From Calcarisporiella thermophila CBS 279.70 (taxonomy: Eukaryota > Fungi > Calcarisporiellomycota): a stretch of 64,000 bases of DNA. Position 1 is the first letter of the stretch. The number at the start of each line of letters is the position of its first letter. Both the position numbers and the translations under genes were made by a program. Shown piece after piece: positions 25,082 through 36,130 of the stretch. The DNA lies in contig NW_027192197.1 in NCBI RefSeq assembly GCF_041956535.1, positions 73,829 to 137,828 on the forward strand, read 5' to 3'. The notes below the pieces were generated by a model. The model saw only the letters and a list, made by a program, of their open reading frames with translations, was not told the origin of the DNA and did not search any database.

Positions 25082-26294
25082 TCATTGTTGCCCGGGTCTA
25101 TTTGCCTATAAAAAAATATTCAAGAACAAGTTGTGTCAATACAGTCAAATAACACAAGCTACCTAAAGCGAATTGGAAACGAAACATATGTGATGTTTAC
25201 CTGGAAAAGTCCGGTGTAATATCCAGCAAAATACCATGCCATTAATAGGTTCGCCAAATTCTCATTATCAACTAAGATAGATAAAATAAACACTATATCC
25301 TTTCCAAAAGTAATATTAATATACTCACTTCCATTCGCAGAGGGAGTAGGAATGTTTGAGTTCAAAGCTTGTGAATTCATAGGTGTAGGTATAGGTATTG
25401 GCATGCTCATTGGCATAGTTGGCGCCGGCATCTAAAAAGTCGTATAATTAGAATTTAATAAGTAGGAGAATCAAGGTGAAGGGCTACCTGAAGTCGTGGA
25501 CCCCAACCCATCGCACCCGCATTATGTGTACCAAACATCGGGTGCGGATGTGGGGGAGGATGTGAAGGTAAATGTGTGGGAGGTGGAGGAGGGTGTGGGA
25601 AGCCTTGATAGTGCGAGAAAGGATAAGGCGGATATGCATTATATCTAGTATCCGGGGGATAGCCTGCCCCACTCGCATCCGTAGGTTGCTGAGGTTGTTG
25701 CAATTGCTGCGGTAGCTGAGGCTGTTGCAGTTGAGAAGAGGAGGGAGTATATCCATCTGCCGGGGGATAAGGGTAGTTAGTGTATGGCCATCCCCAAGAA
25801 TACTGATACTGTTGAATAGGATCCTGTGTAGTATCCTCTTTATTCTTCGTGCGCCGCCCGGGTTTTGGCTTGTGAGATTTGGGTTTATTATTTTCATGCA
25901 CTTCGGCATCTTCCTTCTCATCATTTTCTCTTTCGTTTCCAGTTTCAGGCGAGTCAATATTGTTTTGAAAGCCTATTTCTTCCTGCAATTCTCCCTCATC
26001 AAACTCAGCTTCAGCCTCGCTAGGTAGTTTTTTCTTTCTGTTTAAAATTTCTGAAGTAAATAAAAAACAAATATGTGTAGCTTTTCGACATGATTTACCC
26101 TTTCATTTTAGGTGGTTTCGTAGGTACAGGTGGTTTACTCCCTGAATGATATAACTAAATAAATCCAAAAAAAGATATTTTAAAATTAGTCTTGAACTTA
26201 ATTATTTGATTAAAACCTAAGAACTTACTTGGTATTCTTTTACAGCCGCTTCCCATGCCGCGATAAGCTTACTGTCATCCCATGGATCAGCCAT
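25082..26294 (-). CDS. SMN1: Survival motor neuron protein (SMN), multi-exon
   Basis: N-terminal Gemin2-binding motif MADPWDDSKLIAAWEAAVKEYQ; Pro-rich middle; C-terminal YG box LANLLMAWYFAGYYTGLFQ; last exon ANRPGQQ*. Confidence 0.92.
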
Positions 26295-26468
26295 TTTCGC
26301 GATCCAATTTTAATCGACGAGAAAAAGAACAGTCGACGACTTTGAGTGGCTTATTTAATTTTTTTTTTGATTTCCCGCTTTCGATCATTCATTAAAGAAT
26401 TAACTTTTAATATTTCAAATAGCCTCTGGAAAGAAAAATCAATCTGTAGACAAGTGTATTGAGGGACC

Positions 26469-29055
26469 ATGTCAGATGCGAAGTATTTTCAGAGAGGTAA
26501 GCTTTAGCGAATTTAAATGTATTATATTTACTTGTTTATTTTATACTTTTACTTACTGCTCGCCTCTCCATTTTCCTTAAGGTAAAATCCAAGAGCTTCG
26601 TGCCGAACTCAACTCGGATAAGAGAGATTCGAAGCACACAAGAAAAAAAACTACAATGAAAAAGATTGTTGCCAATATGACGATGGGCAACGACATGTCT
26701 CCGCTCTTCCAAGATGTAGTTGCGTGTATGAACGTACCAGTCTTAGAAGTGAAGAAAATGGTGTATCTCTATTTGATCAACTACGCGAGAAATAAACCTG
26801 AGATGGCATTGATGGCATTAAGCACTTTCATGAAGGTGAGCTTATTCATGTATCTTCCTACCTAGCATTTATAACGAAAATGTGTTCTTTCCATTTAAGG
26901 ATGTCGAGGATCCCAACCCTCTTATCCGTGCGCTCGCAATTCGTACAATGGGATATATCAATGTAGATAAAATACTTGATCACCTTGTTGACCCACTTCT
27001 AACATGCCTGCGCGACCAAGACCCTTATGTACGCAAGACTGCGGCAATATGTGTTGCAAAACTTTATATGCACGACCCGGCACTTGTGGAAAACGAGCGT
27101 TTTATTGATATGCTGAGAGACATGTTAACAGACTCCAACCCAACGGTTAGTCACATCATGTTTTTGCCGATGATAACATGTTTTCTAATTCTTAAATTTT
27201 AGGTGGTGGCAAATGCAGTGGCCTCCCTCACCGAGATTTGTGAGCGTTCAGAAAATATACAGTTAAAGCTTAATATGGTGATTGCGAATAAATTGGTGGC
27301 AGCTTTAAACGAATGTTCAGAGTAAATATATAAAAAATGATCCTGCCAGCTCTTTCTCCGCATTAACTTATATCTAATCAAATATCTAGATGGGGACAAA
27401 CTTATATTCTTGAAGCGCTTATTTACTTCGTACCACAAGAGGCTGGGGATGCTGAACTGCTTGCAGAGCGAATTGCTCCTAGATTGCAACATGCAAATTC
27501 TGCGGTTGTGTTGAGTGCGATCAAGGTGATCATGTATCTGATCAACTATATGTCGAAAGATGAGGATATCAATAAAATGTGTCGGAGACTATCACCTCCT
27601 TTGGGTAATAAAAATTATCTTAATTTGGCTAGAATAGATTGGCTAACCTTTTCTTTTTATTCTAATTATGTCTTGTTTATTTTGGATTTAGTAACTCTCC
27701 TATCTAAAGAACCGGAAGTTCAATATGTAGCTCTTCGTAACATCCTTCTTGTAATTCAAAAACGACCAGAGGTGCTTCAGAATGAGTTGCGAGTATTCTT
27801 CTGTAAATATGACGACCCAATCTACGTTAAGCTTGCTAAGCTTGAGATCATGTTTCGGCTAGCGAATGTGAACAACGTGGATAAAGTCCTTTCCGAGTTA
27901 AAAGAGTAAGCTGAAATGTTTATTAGAAAATCAACTTTTAATTGGCAAACCTAAAGTGCCTCAATACACTGAAAGATATGCGATTGAAGTGGATGTAGAT
28001 TTTGTGCGAAAATCTGTAAGATCGATAGGACGTCTGGCAGTTAAAATAGAGTCTGCAGCGGAGCGGTGTATCTCTACCTTGTTAGAACTTATCCAAACTA
28101 AAGTGAACTATGTCGTTCAAGAGGCTGTTGTCGTAATCAAAGTAGAGTATAGACAGATTATAAATATCTAAGGTCATAATATTAAACGTGGTTTGTAGGA
28201 TATTTTCCGCAAATACCCAAACAGATACGAAAGTATTATCAGCACACTTTGTGAAAATCTTGATTCTTTGGATGAGCCTGATGCAAAAGCAGCAATGGTA
28301 TGGATTATTGGACAGTACGCAGACAGAATCGAAAATGCGCATGAACTGCTAGACGATTTTCTATATAGTTTTCTAGAAGAACCAGTCGAAGTAGGTTTCG
28401 AAAAAAGTTTACAAACAAGAATATCCAAGCCTTAATTGTTTCCGCATCATTATAGGTGCAGTTGGCACTATTAACGGCGACAGTCAAGCTTTTCATAAAG
28501 CGTCCTACCGCTGGACAAGATCTAGTCCCAAAGGTGCTTAAGTGGGCAACCGAGGAGGTAGACAACCCTGATCTCCGTGATCGTGGGTTTATTTACTGGC
28601 GGTTACTCTCAACTGATCCCGCTGCAGCAAAGGCAGTAGTCTTATGTGACAAACCTGAAATATCTACTGAGACTGAGCGGATGGATCCTTTCATGTTGGA
28701 GGAACTTGTGCTGCACATTGCGAGCCTTGCAAGTATATACCACAAAAGCCCTACGACCTTCATCCGTTATGTTAAACCCAGGTTTTTAATCCCATCTCCG
28801 GTGTTGAATCGGAGTTTGCAAGCTGGTGGAGTTTCCGATACTTTGTACAAGGCGCCTGGAGCATGGCGGGAAAATTTAATCCACGATCAGTAAAAATCCT
28901 CTTATCTTTTTCTATTTAGTTATTTTTTTTTTAACTTGATTTTTTTTGTTAGAGATTTGAATGCAACGGAAAACCCTTATCTTAGTAGTCACGAATTCTC
29001 TCAACAACCACAGCAACAGCAGGGTGTGGACGATCTCTTATTCTCTGATCTATGA
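26469..29055 (+). CDS. APL1: Adaptor protein complex beta subunit (AP-2 beta/Apl1-like; trunk only, no appendage), ~9 exons
   Basis: MSDAKYFQR|[10 protein letters not shown]; [15 protein letters not shown]; [15 protein letters not shown]; [17 protein letters not shown]; short tail ending DDLLFSDL*. Confidence 0.9.
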
Positions 29056-29508
29056 CTTGTATAATTTATATAGTGGGTTCTATAATTATGAAGACAGTAC
29101 GTATTTCAGTTAAATAGATACTTTTTTATATAACTTTTAGTCATAATTCTTTATTTTTGCATTATTTCGAGGTGGGCTCGTTTTAGTGTTTTTTCCTTCT
29201 TTCTTTTTTGCATTCCTGCTTATATTAATATACACATAACCCTCACATTTGCGGCTGGATTTACTAATTGGTCTGTGACCTTCCTTCTAAGTCAGAGTGG
29301 CTTCTATCTTATACTCCCTCCTTTTGTGGTATCGGATGTCACATGATGTGTTCACTGAATTTTGCGTTCTGGTTCTATATTCTGCTGTTCAAATACTGGC
29401 GAGATAAAAACGGTTTTTTGTAGATTGGGAATTTCTAAAACCTTAAAAGATGTCCATACTCTTCTGATTACCTTTTGTATTTTCTCATGTTGATCCTCTG
29501 ATGATACG

Positions 29509-30505
29509 ATGACCGAACCTTTAGCCTCGTTCCAACTTATTATCCCTAATGTTGCCCGACCCTATTTTGAAGTGTCAGAATTCTCTGAATACCCGAATCT
29601 GCAGGGACGCGTAGGTTTGCTTAAGAGACATCTCATCTATACCATCTAAGTGAACTCCCAAAAATTGCTATCTAGATACCTATGGAGATGTTCAACGAAA
29701 GAATCAAAGTGCTCCAATCCCTCACATCCAAGTACTGTCCTAGCTCTCGGGGAGATTACATAGCATTTTGGGTGGGAATCTCCTTGATATTTACTATTGC
29801 CCTTCTTTCATTTTTTAATCCTGTGCCCCAGCTGGTTACATTGGGTAAGCCTCTCTTGCTCTACGAGACTTTAAACGGAGTTACTATATTTATTTTTGTG
29901 TAATATATTTGACTTTTTCAGCTCTCTTTGCTCTTCCTGTTATGCTTGTATTATGGGTAATTCGTAGAAGAAATAGGATGCCACGTCGTGTTAAGTTGGT
30001 AAGTTAAAAGTTTCTCTCAATTCTTCATTCTCTAAAATTATCTTTCGGAATCCTCATAAATTCTGACATTAAACCTTGATAGTTTGAAAAACACCTCTCC
30101 TCATGGCTAAAGGATGCTACCGCAAATGATCGCACCACTTATGCCATAAAGTGGCGACTTATTAAGGAACGTCAACTTGTAATTCAAGGTTCAATGCGAA
30201 CGCAAATCAACTCATGGTATGTCCATATCGTCGATCCTATTGAATCTTCTGCCGAAAGCGATGGGCTACCTGAATACTGTGAGACTGATTTGGAAAATGG
30301 GCCTTTACCTCCTTATCCGGTGACAAATTCTCAACAGAGAGAAGAAAACACCGAGGAAGAAATGATCTCCGTGCGCGTAGAAGGAAGCAGTCCTGCTGGC
30401 GTAGTTAGAGATGCCTCTGAACCTCCTCCCTATGAATTGGCAGAGTTGACTCGCCCACCTCCAGCTCACCTGGGTCCCGCTGCCCCTATGAGCCACTCGC
30501 GGTGA
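29509..30505 (+). CDS. Hypothetical two-TM membrane protein with C-terminal PY motifs (4 exons)
   Basis: Spliced reading MTEPLASF...LQGR|IPMEMFNERI...FWVGISLIFTIALLSFF...|ALFALPVMLVLWVIRRR|FEKHL...LPEY...LPPY...PPPY; GT-AG introns. Confidence 0.7.
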
Positions 30506-30877
30506 TATTGTCTAGTTGTTTCCACTCATTTTATTTTCCAATTTCCGCATGTATATTACATATGTATTTTAGACTCCATTGCTACCTCCACGATCATTTC
30601 TTGCTATATATATGGTATTGGCTATATTGATCTATATTTATTCACTTTTTAAAAAAAATACCCTTTTTGGTCTATTATTCCCTCATCTTCTATTGAATTT
30701 CCGTTATTTTGTGCTCATTCAATCTTGTCGTTTTGCGTTAAAATTGACAGGATGTCGTCATCGATGTGATTATTCAGAAATCACCTAATATAATGTCTTC
30801 TCGAAGCCGTACTGTTCCTCACTCTCAATCCACTCTCCTTGTCGGAAATTGATCACTTACGATAAATAAAAACAGTT

Positions 30878-31594
30878 ATGTCCATTGCACAGAAATCAGA
30901 ACTTGCCACATTTGCTGCCGGTTGCTTCTGGCAAGTATAGTAGTCTTGCGTAGCAATTACTGAATTTTAATGAGGTCTTACATTCGTTGTAGGGGGGTCC
31001 AGCGCATTTTTGATAAGCATTTTAGCCATGCCATTACTCAGACACGTGTTGGATACATTGGTGGAAATACCGAAGCTCCTGGGTATAAACAGGTATGGAA
31101 ATTATGTACTTTCTTACGTCCTCCTTCCCCACAGCATTATTAAAGTCCTCTAACTATTCTTAAGGTTTGTTCTGGGACAACTAACCATGCTGAGGCACTC
31201 GAAATTGCTTTTGATCCCACCCGCACCACCTATGCAGATCTGGTTGAGTTCTTCTACAGAATGCATGACCCGACCACCCTCAATCACCAAGGCCCAGACA
31301 TTGGGACACAGTACCGCAGTGCAATTTTTTATCATTCGGACCAGCAGAGGCAGGTTGCCGAGCGAGTAACCAATGAAGTACAAGAGAAGCATTACAAAAA
31401 TAAGAAGATTGTGACCCAACTCTTACCTGCAGGGAAGTTTTGGGATGCAGAAGAATACCATCAGAAATACTTGGAAAAGAACCCCAATGGTAAGCATAGG
31501 AATTTAAGAGAGATAACCCGATCTACTAATTGAGCATTAATTCACAACGCGAATTCCAGGATATGAATGCCCAACGCACTTCTTGCGATGGTAA
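30878..31594 (+). CDS. MSRA: Peptide methionine sulfoxide reductase MsrA (4 exons)
   Basis: ATFAAGCFW|GVQ, VGYIGG, VCSGTTNHAE, HDPTTLNHQGPDIGTQYRSAIF, AEEYHQKYL, GYECPTHFLRW*. Confidence 0.97.
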
Positions 31595-32166
31595 ATTTAC
31601 TTATTTCCTCAAGCATGTAAAATATGAACGATTGAGCCGAAAGTTTCTCTTCTACGAGCTTAGCGTAATAAATTTTGAGCCAAAATACTATTATTCACTT
31701 CAAAAGCAGCTATAGATAAACCATCATTAATTAACCAAAGAAAATTAAAAATGTCCTTTCGTTCTCGCTAAAATTCACCATGAAATTTGACATAACTAAT
31801 TGATTGTTGCAAATACGAAAAAAAAAAAGATATATAAAGTTGATAAACTCGAGATATGGCAGTGTAATATTCCGTATTTAATAAATTTTTTAAAATCATA
31901 TTAGGGGCAGCTTATTGTTCAGGAAGGCTTAGTGAAAACAATTAATTATAAATATCGTTTAGGTTCCTAAACAAGTTGGGGCAATTTTGTCTAGCTACAT
32001 TGTATTTTGGGCAAACTTTGGTTTATCAAATAAATTCTCATAAAAGAATCAAGAATCACCTAAATATGTCTTTATTCATGTACTAAAACTGTGACAAGAT
32101 TTATACTAACGTAACGTTCTTATAATATCACAGAGAAACGAATTAGCTAGAAAAGAGAAGACTTGT

Positions 32167-32492
32167 TTATTCAAGCTTTCGTTCTATCGCCGAAGAAAAA
32201 TATCCCGTTTCCTTTTGAGTATTGTCATTACGGATGACATAACGGGGCTCTTGCTCGCTAGCCTTTAAGGTCTGGCCACGCTCTCCGGCAACATCAGGCT
32301 CGGTGAGAATGTCAACGATTTGTCCGGTAGTAGTCTTTAAAGAATGACAGAACGGGAGAATAAAAGTAAATAGTGCGTAATAAACAAACTTATAAGCACA
32401 AACAGAACGGTCAACTAACTCACCTGCATGCCACCTTCAACCGGGCGGTATTCGACTCTATCACCTTTGTTGTATTTTTGGCCAGAGGACAT
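32167..32492 (-). CDS. Hva1-like Tudor-domain small protein (DUF2945/Hva1_TUDOR), 2 exons, ~79 aa; missed by the ORF track
   Basis: MSSGQKYNKGDRVEYRPVEGGMQ|TTTGQIVDILTEPDVAGERGQTLKASEQEPRYVIRNDNTQKETGYFSSAIERKLE*; GTGAGT donor; the KAS..EPRYVI.N..T.KE pattern is typical of the family. Confidence 0.8.
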
Positions 32493-33901
32493 GTTAAAGT
32501 AGTAAGATGTTTTAAGAAAGCTATTGATTGAAGTAAACCAGATGTGAAATCAATGAGAAAATGTTTTCTAGTCACCAACAGAGTGGAGAGTTTATATATT
32601 GTAGTTCTTAAGACATGGCGTCCTCTAGAGATATTCATAAATGGCTTAAACAAAATTCTCACAAAAGCCCGTCTGACACTTTTCTTTAACCTGGTTTTTC
32701 TAAAGAAAATACAACAAGAATATCATTTGCGTACAAAAGCGGTGGTGTATTACTTCCTTATGGAGGTGAATTCATCCTTCGTGTTCGAGGATAAAGGATT
32801 TTCGCGTTTTTCTTACTCGCCCTCGTGCCATTTATAGAAGGGGCAATTTACTCTTTGGGCGCATTTTATGCATGTTTTATATAATGCCTTCGGAGATCTG
32901 CAGAGTTTTCCACCCTAGAATTAATTAGGATAGTGGAATTGGGCTTCGATTTGTTCAATATTGTTGTGAAGTGTTCGTTAGAAAGAAGAGTTTCATTCAA
33001 AGTTTTTCAGAGTATAGTATATACTGCACAAGTCCAAGCCAGAGCTCTTATTAAGAAATTGGGCATATTCTTACACAATATAGGCAACCTTGGGCGTGGA
33101 AAATTTATATGCAAGCCATATATATGACCCGATTTGGTTGTAGAAGAGTCAATAGGCTGAGGCTACCTTTCGCTCTAGTAGTAATTTGAAATAGCTCTTG
33201 GCTTATAGATTATTTCCATTGACACTATACTGAAAAAGGATTCTATTTATGATTGATTTTGTCATAAAATAGTATCGAAAATGCCTTAATACTATATATG
33301 TAAATTAAAAAGAAAAACGCGATTAGAGGACGCCCGCTTTTTCGATATATTTTCTTGGTAATATTATATAGGTAAACAGGTGGGATTAGGCGCTGTCAAA
33401 GAACCTTTTGGTAAATGAGCTCGGCTCTCATGAAACCAGGCATCGTATTTAACCATTAGGAGCCCTCATATTATCTCGTAGTTCTAGTTATCCAATATAT
33501 AGAGGCTAACTAACTATTCGCTCTCAATGTCTGAAGGCGAGTCTCTATGAACCTTTTAAAACTATATTGTAAATTTATTTACATGATCTAACGTTAGAAG
33601 ACAGAATCCCAAGAAACAATACTAAAATAAAGGTCAGTAAATGTAGTGTTAAAATATCCAGATAAACTTGACATATTTGCTACATGCTTAGTTAACTAAA
33701 CCTTGCAGACCTCAAAAATGTAAATATAAGATGATTTATTTTAAAGAGTAGTACCAGAAGAAAAGAGAATAGTGAACCTTTCAGAGTAAAAAAACACCGC
33801 TTTGAAATCCTCACATGAAATAGTAAATATATAGAGTATAGATAATTTTATATATATAATAAAGAAAAATAAAATTCACAAAAATATAGAATTAAATGAT
33901 A

Positions 33902-35857
33902 TTAATTCGTTTGAGCCAATTCCGAATCAAAAATACACGTAGTGCTATAGGTCTTTCCCCTGATTTCTGCCTCAACCTTCAATTCAACCTCGCCAAACCA
34001 AATTTTAATCGTCAAATCCACCTTGTCTCCCTCACGCACACCTTGCAGTACTGGCATAGGAACTGAGAAATTGGCCACTTTACGAACACCAGGAGAAGTG
34101 ACATAGCGCGGTTGATCCTCACAATCCGCTGCGTAGAGTGTGATAGTAGTGTGATGTGGGTAATATGCAAAAAACGATTTACTGACATACGTATCAGTGT
34201 TAATAGGTACGCCGCGGCGTGCAAAGACGGAAAATCGATTGTCGCATCGTACTGTCCCGTCCGCACGCACAATCCGGTATTCCCACGGATCGACCCCCTC
34301 TTCAAATGTGGTAGTCGTGTCTATACCATACCAATAGCGCGGAATACGTGTGGTAACAATTCGAGGATTTAGGCCGAAAAGCACAGCACCACGAACCACA
34401 GCCATCTCCGCACGAGGTGGGGTGGCAATAAGGGGGACGCGATCACGGAACTGCTGTTTTGTGCGTTCAAACAAATAGCTTGAATTTCCAAAACCGCCCA
34501 CCAGGAAAATCGCCTGTAGATGACCCGCCTTGTGTAGTTGATCTTCAATCAAACCTAATACCTCCTGAATCACTGGATCAAACACCTCTGTTTTAAGCTC
34601 TTGTGCTGACAAGCGCAGCATGCCTCCTTCAAGGCCAATTGACTCATTATTGATTTCACCCAAGTTAAGCGCAGCAGGCAGCTGAAGGAATTGGTCCTCC
34701 GTTCCATCAAAATGTGGCTTCACCAGGTCAACAAAAGAGTCCATAGTTGCCTCTAGAGCATTCTTGCGGGTTTCGTCCAATTGATAGTTACGCAATCGCT
34801 TCTTTAGAAGGGCACGCATTCTACGGTCAATAAAGACTGAACCACAGGAACGTCCATGGCCTTTGGTGCACTCACGCAAGCGACGGCCGTTAGGCGTATC
34901 GTCAATTTGGAACACAATCAAATCAACGGTTCCACCACCAGCATCGCAAATCATAAATCGGTCTCCATGCTTGAGGTTGAATTGCTCGCACTTTTTCTCA
35001 CAATAGAGTGCAGCCGCTTCGGGCTCAGATATGAGCATTAAACGGTCACGGTGATCTTCTCGTGAGATCAAACCTGCCCGGATTGCAGCCTCACGCGTTT
35101 GGGCTTTAGCTCGATCTGACCACATAGCAGGAACGGTTAAACAGTATCTAAACTGAGACTGATTGTAGTTTTTGGCAAATCCCTAGAATTATTACAAAGA
35201 ATAAAATTAGGATAGTTGTATAGAGGAGCTTCCTCATAATCAATACATTACCTTCTTCAATTCAGAGATAACATGGTCATGGAATGCCTTGAGATAATGG
35301 GAGATTGCATCCAATACTGTGAGTCCATTTGGGAAAGGACCAACAGCCTGACTCTCATCGAGTGCCAGCTTGTATTGCTTGAGTAAGATAGCATCGCGAT
35401 TTTGTGGCTTCATCATTTCGAGTTTTGCAGCGTTTCCCCACCAAAGCATGACCTGTGAATCACGTTTATAAAAATTAAGGGTGGGAGTCTTGGGATAGAC
35501 GCTGTTCATTTGCCGGGGCCTGTTAAAAAGAAAAGGTTTGCTGGATTTAGTTGTATATAAATACGATCTACCAAAACAGATATAATACCATTTCACAATA
35601 TCAACTACATCTCCATCCTGGGTAAATGCATAAGCACATCCCTAAAATAATCCATTCCTAAATTTAGTACATTTTTCGAAGCCATGATGAATATATCCTC
35701 TTACACTGTATGTGGTCCCAAAATCTTAGAAATGAAAAAGATAAAAGAAAAGAGAATAAGGATCAGGAGAGTTAAATATTGATAGTGTGCTCATCTCAAG
35801 GTTACCTAGCCCTATTACTACTGGGTAATCATTCAAATCAAATCTCCGTGCTTCCAT
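33902..35857 (-). CDS. HSPA12-like atypical Hsp70 (actin-like ATPase fold), 5 exons
   Basis: YPVVIGL|DFGTTYS|GCAYAF, KTPTLNFY, YCLTVPAMWSD, ISEPEAAALYC, ICDAGGGTVDL, IFLVGGFGNSSYL, AVVRGAV. Confidence 0.93.
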
Positions 35858-36130
35858 CTCTTAATATTTTATTTGAAGAATAAATTAATGATTTGGAAAA
35901 AAAAGAAGGGCTTATTGAAGCAGTAGTAAAAGTTTACTTAAGGGTCATTAAGAGTAGAAAATTAAAAATAAATCAATAGCTGTGAAATAGTGCAAAGAAA
36001 AATGCTCTAAAGCGAAAGAAAATAGAAATGAGGAAAAAAGAATTGTGTATCAAAGAAAAAAGCCAGTGTGGCTCCCAGTTGAACGTGGCTGAGCGCTTTC
36101 AGAACGAATGTTTGAAATGCAAATTAATAA

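Noticed and set aside
28860-29055. Beta-adaptin lacking the appendage (ear) domain
   Set aside because: A short, ear-less AP-2 beta is normal in fungi, so this is not a truncation.
30793-30877. Possible upstream mini-exon (MSSRSL) extending MsrA
   Set aside because: The acceptor context is purine-rich and weak, and the extension is too short to be a targeting peptide. Unsupported without RNA data.
30920-30930. Possible selenocysteine MsrA (Sec use is known in some early-diverging fungi)
   Set aside because: The catalytic codon is TGC (Cys), not TGA.
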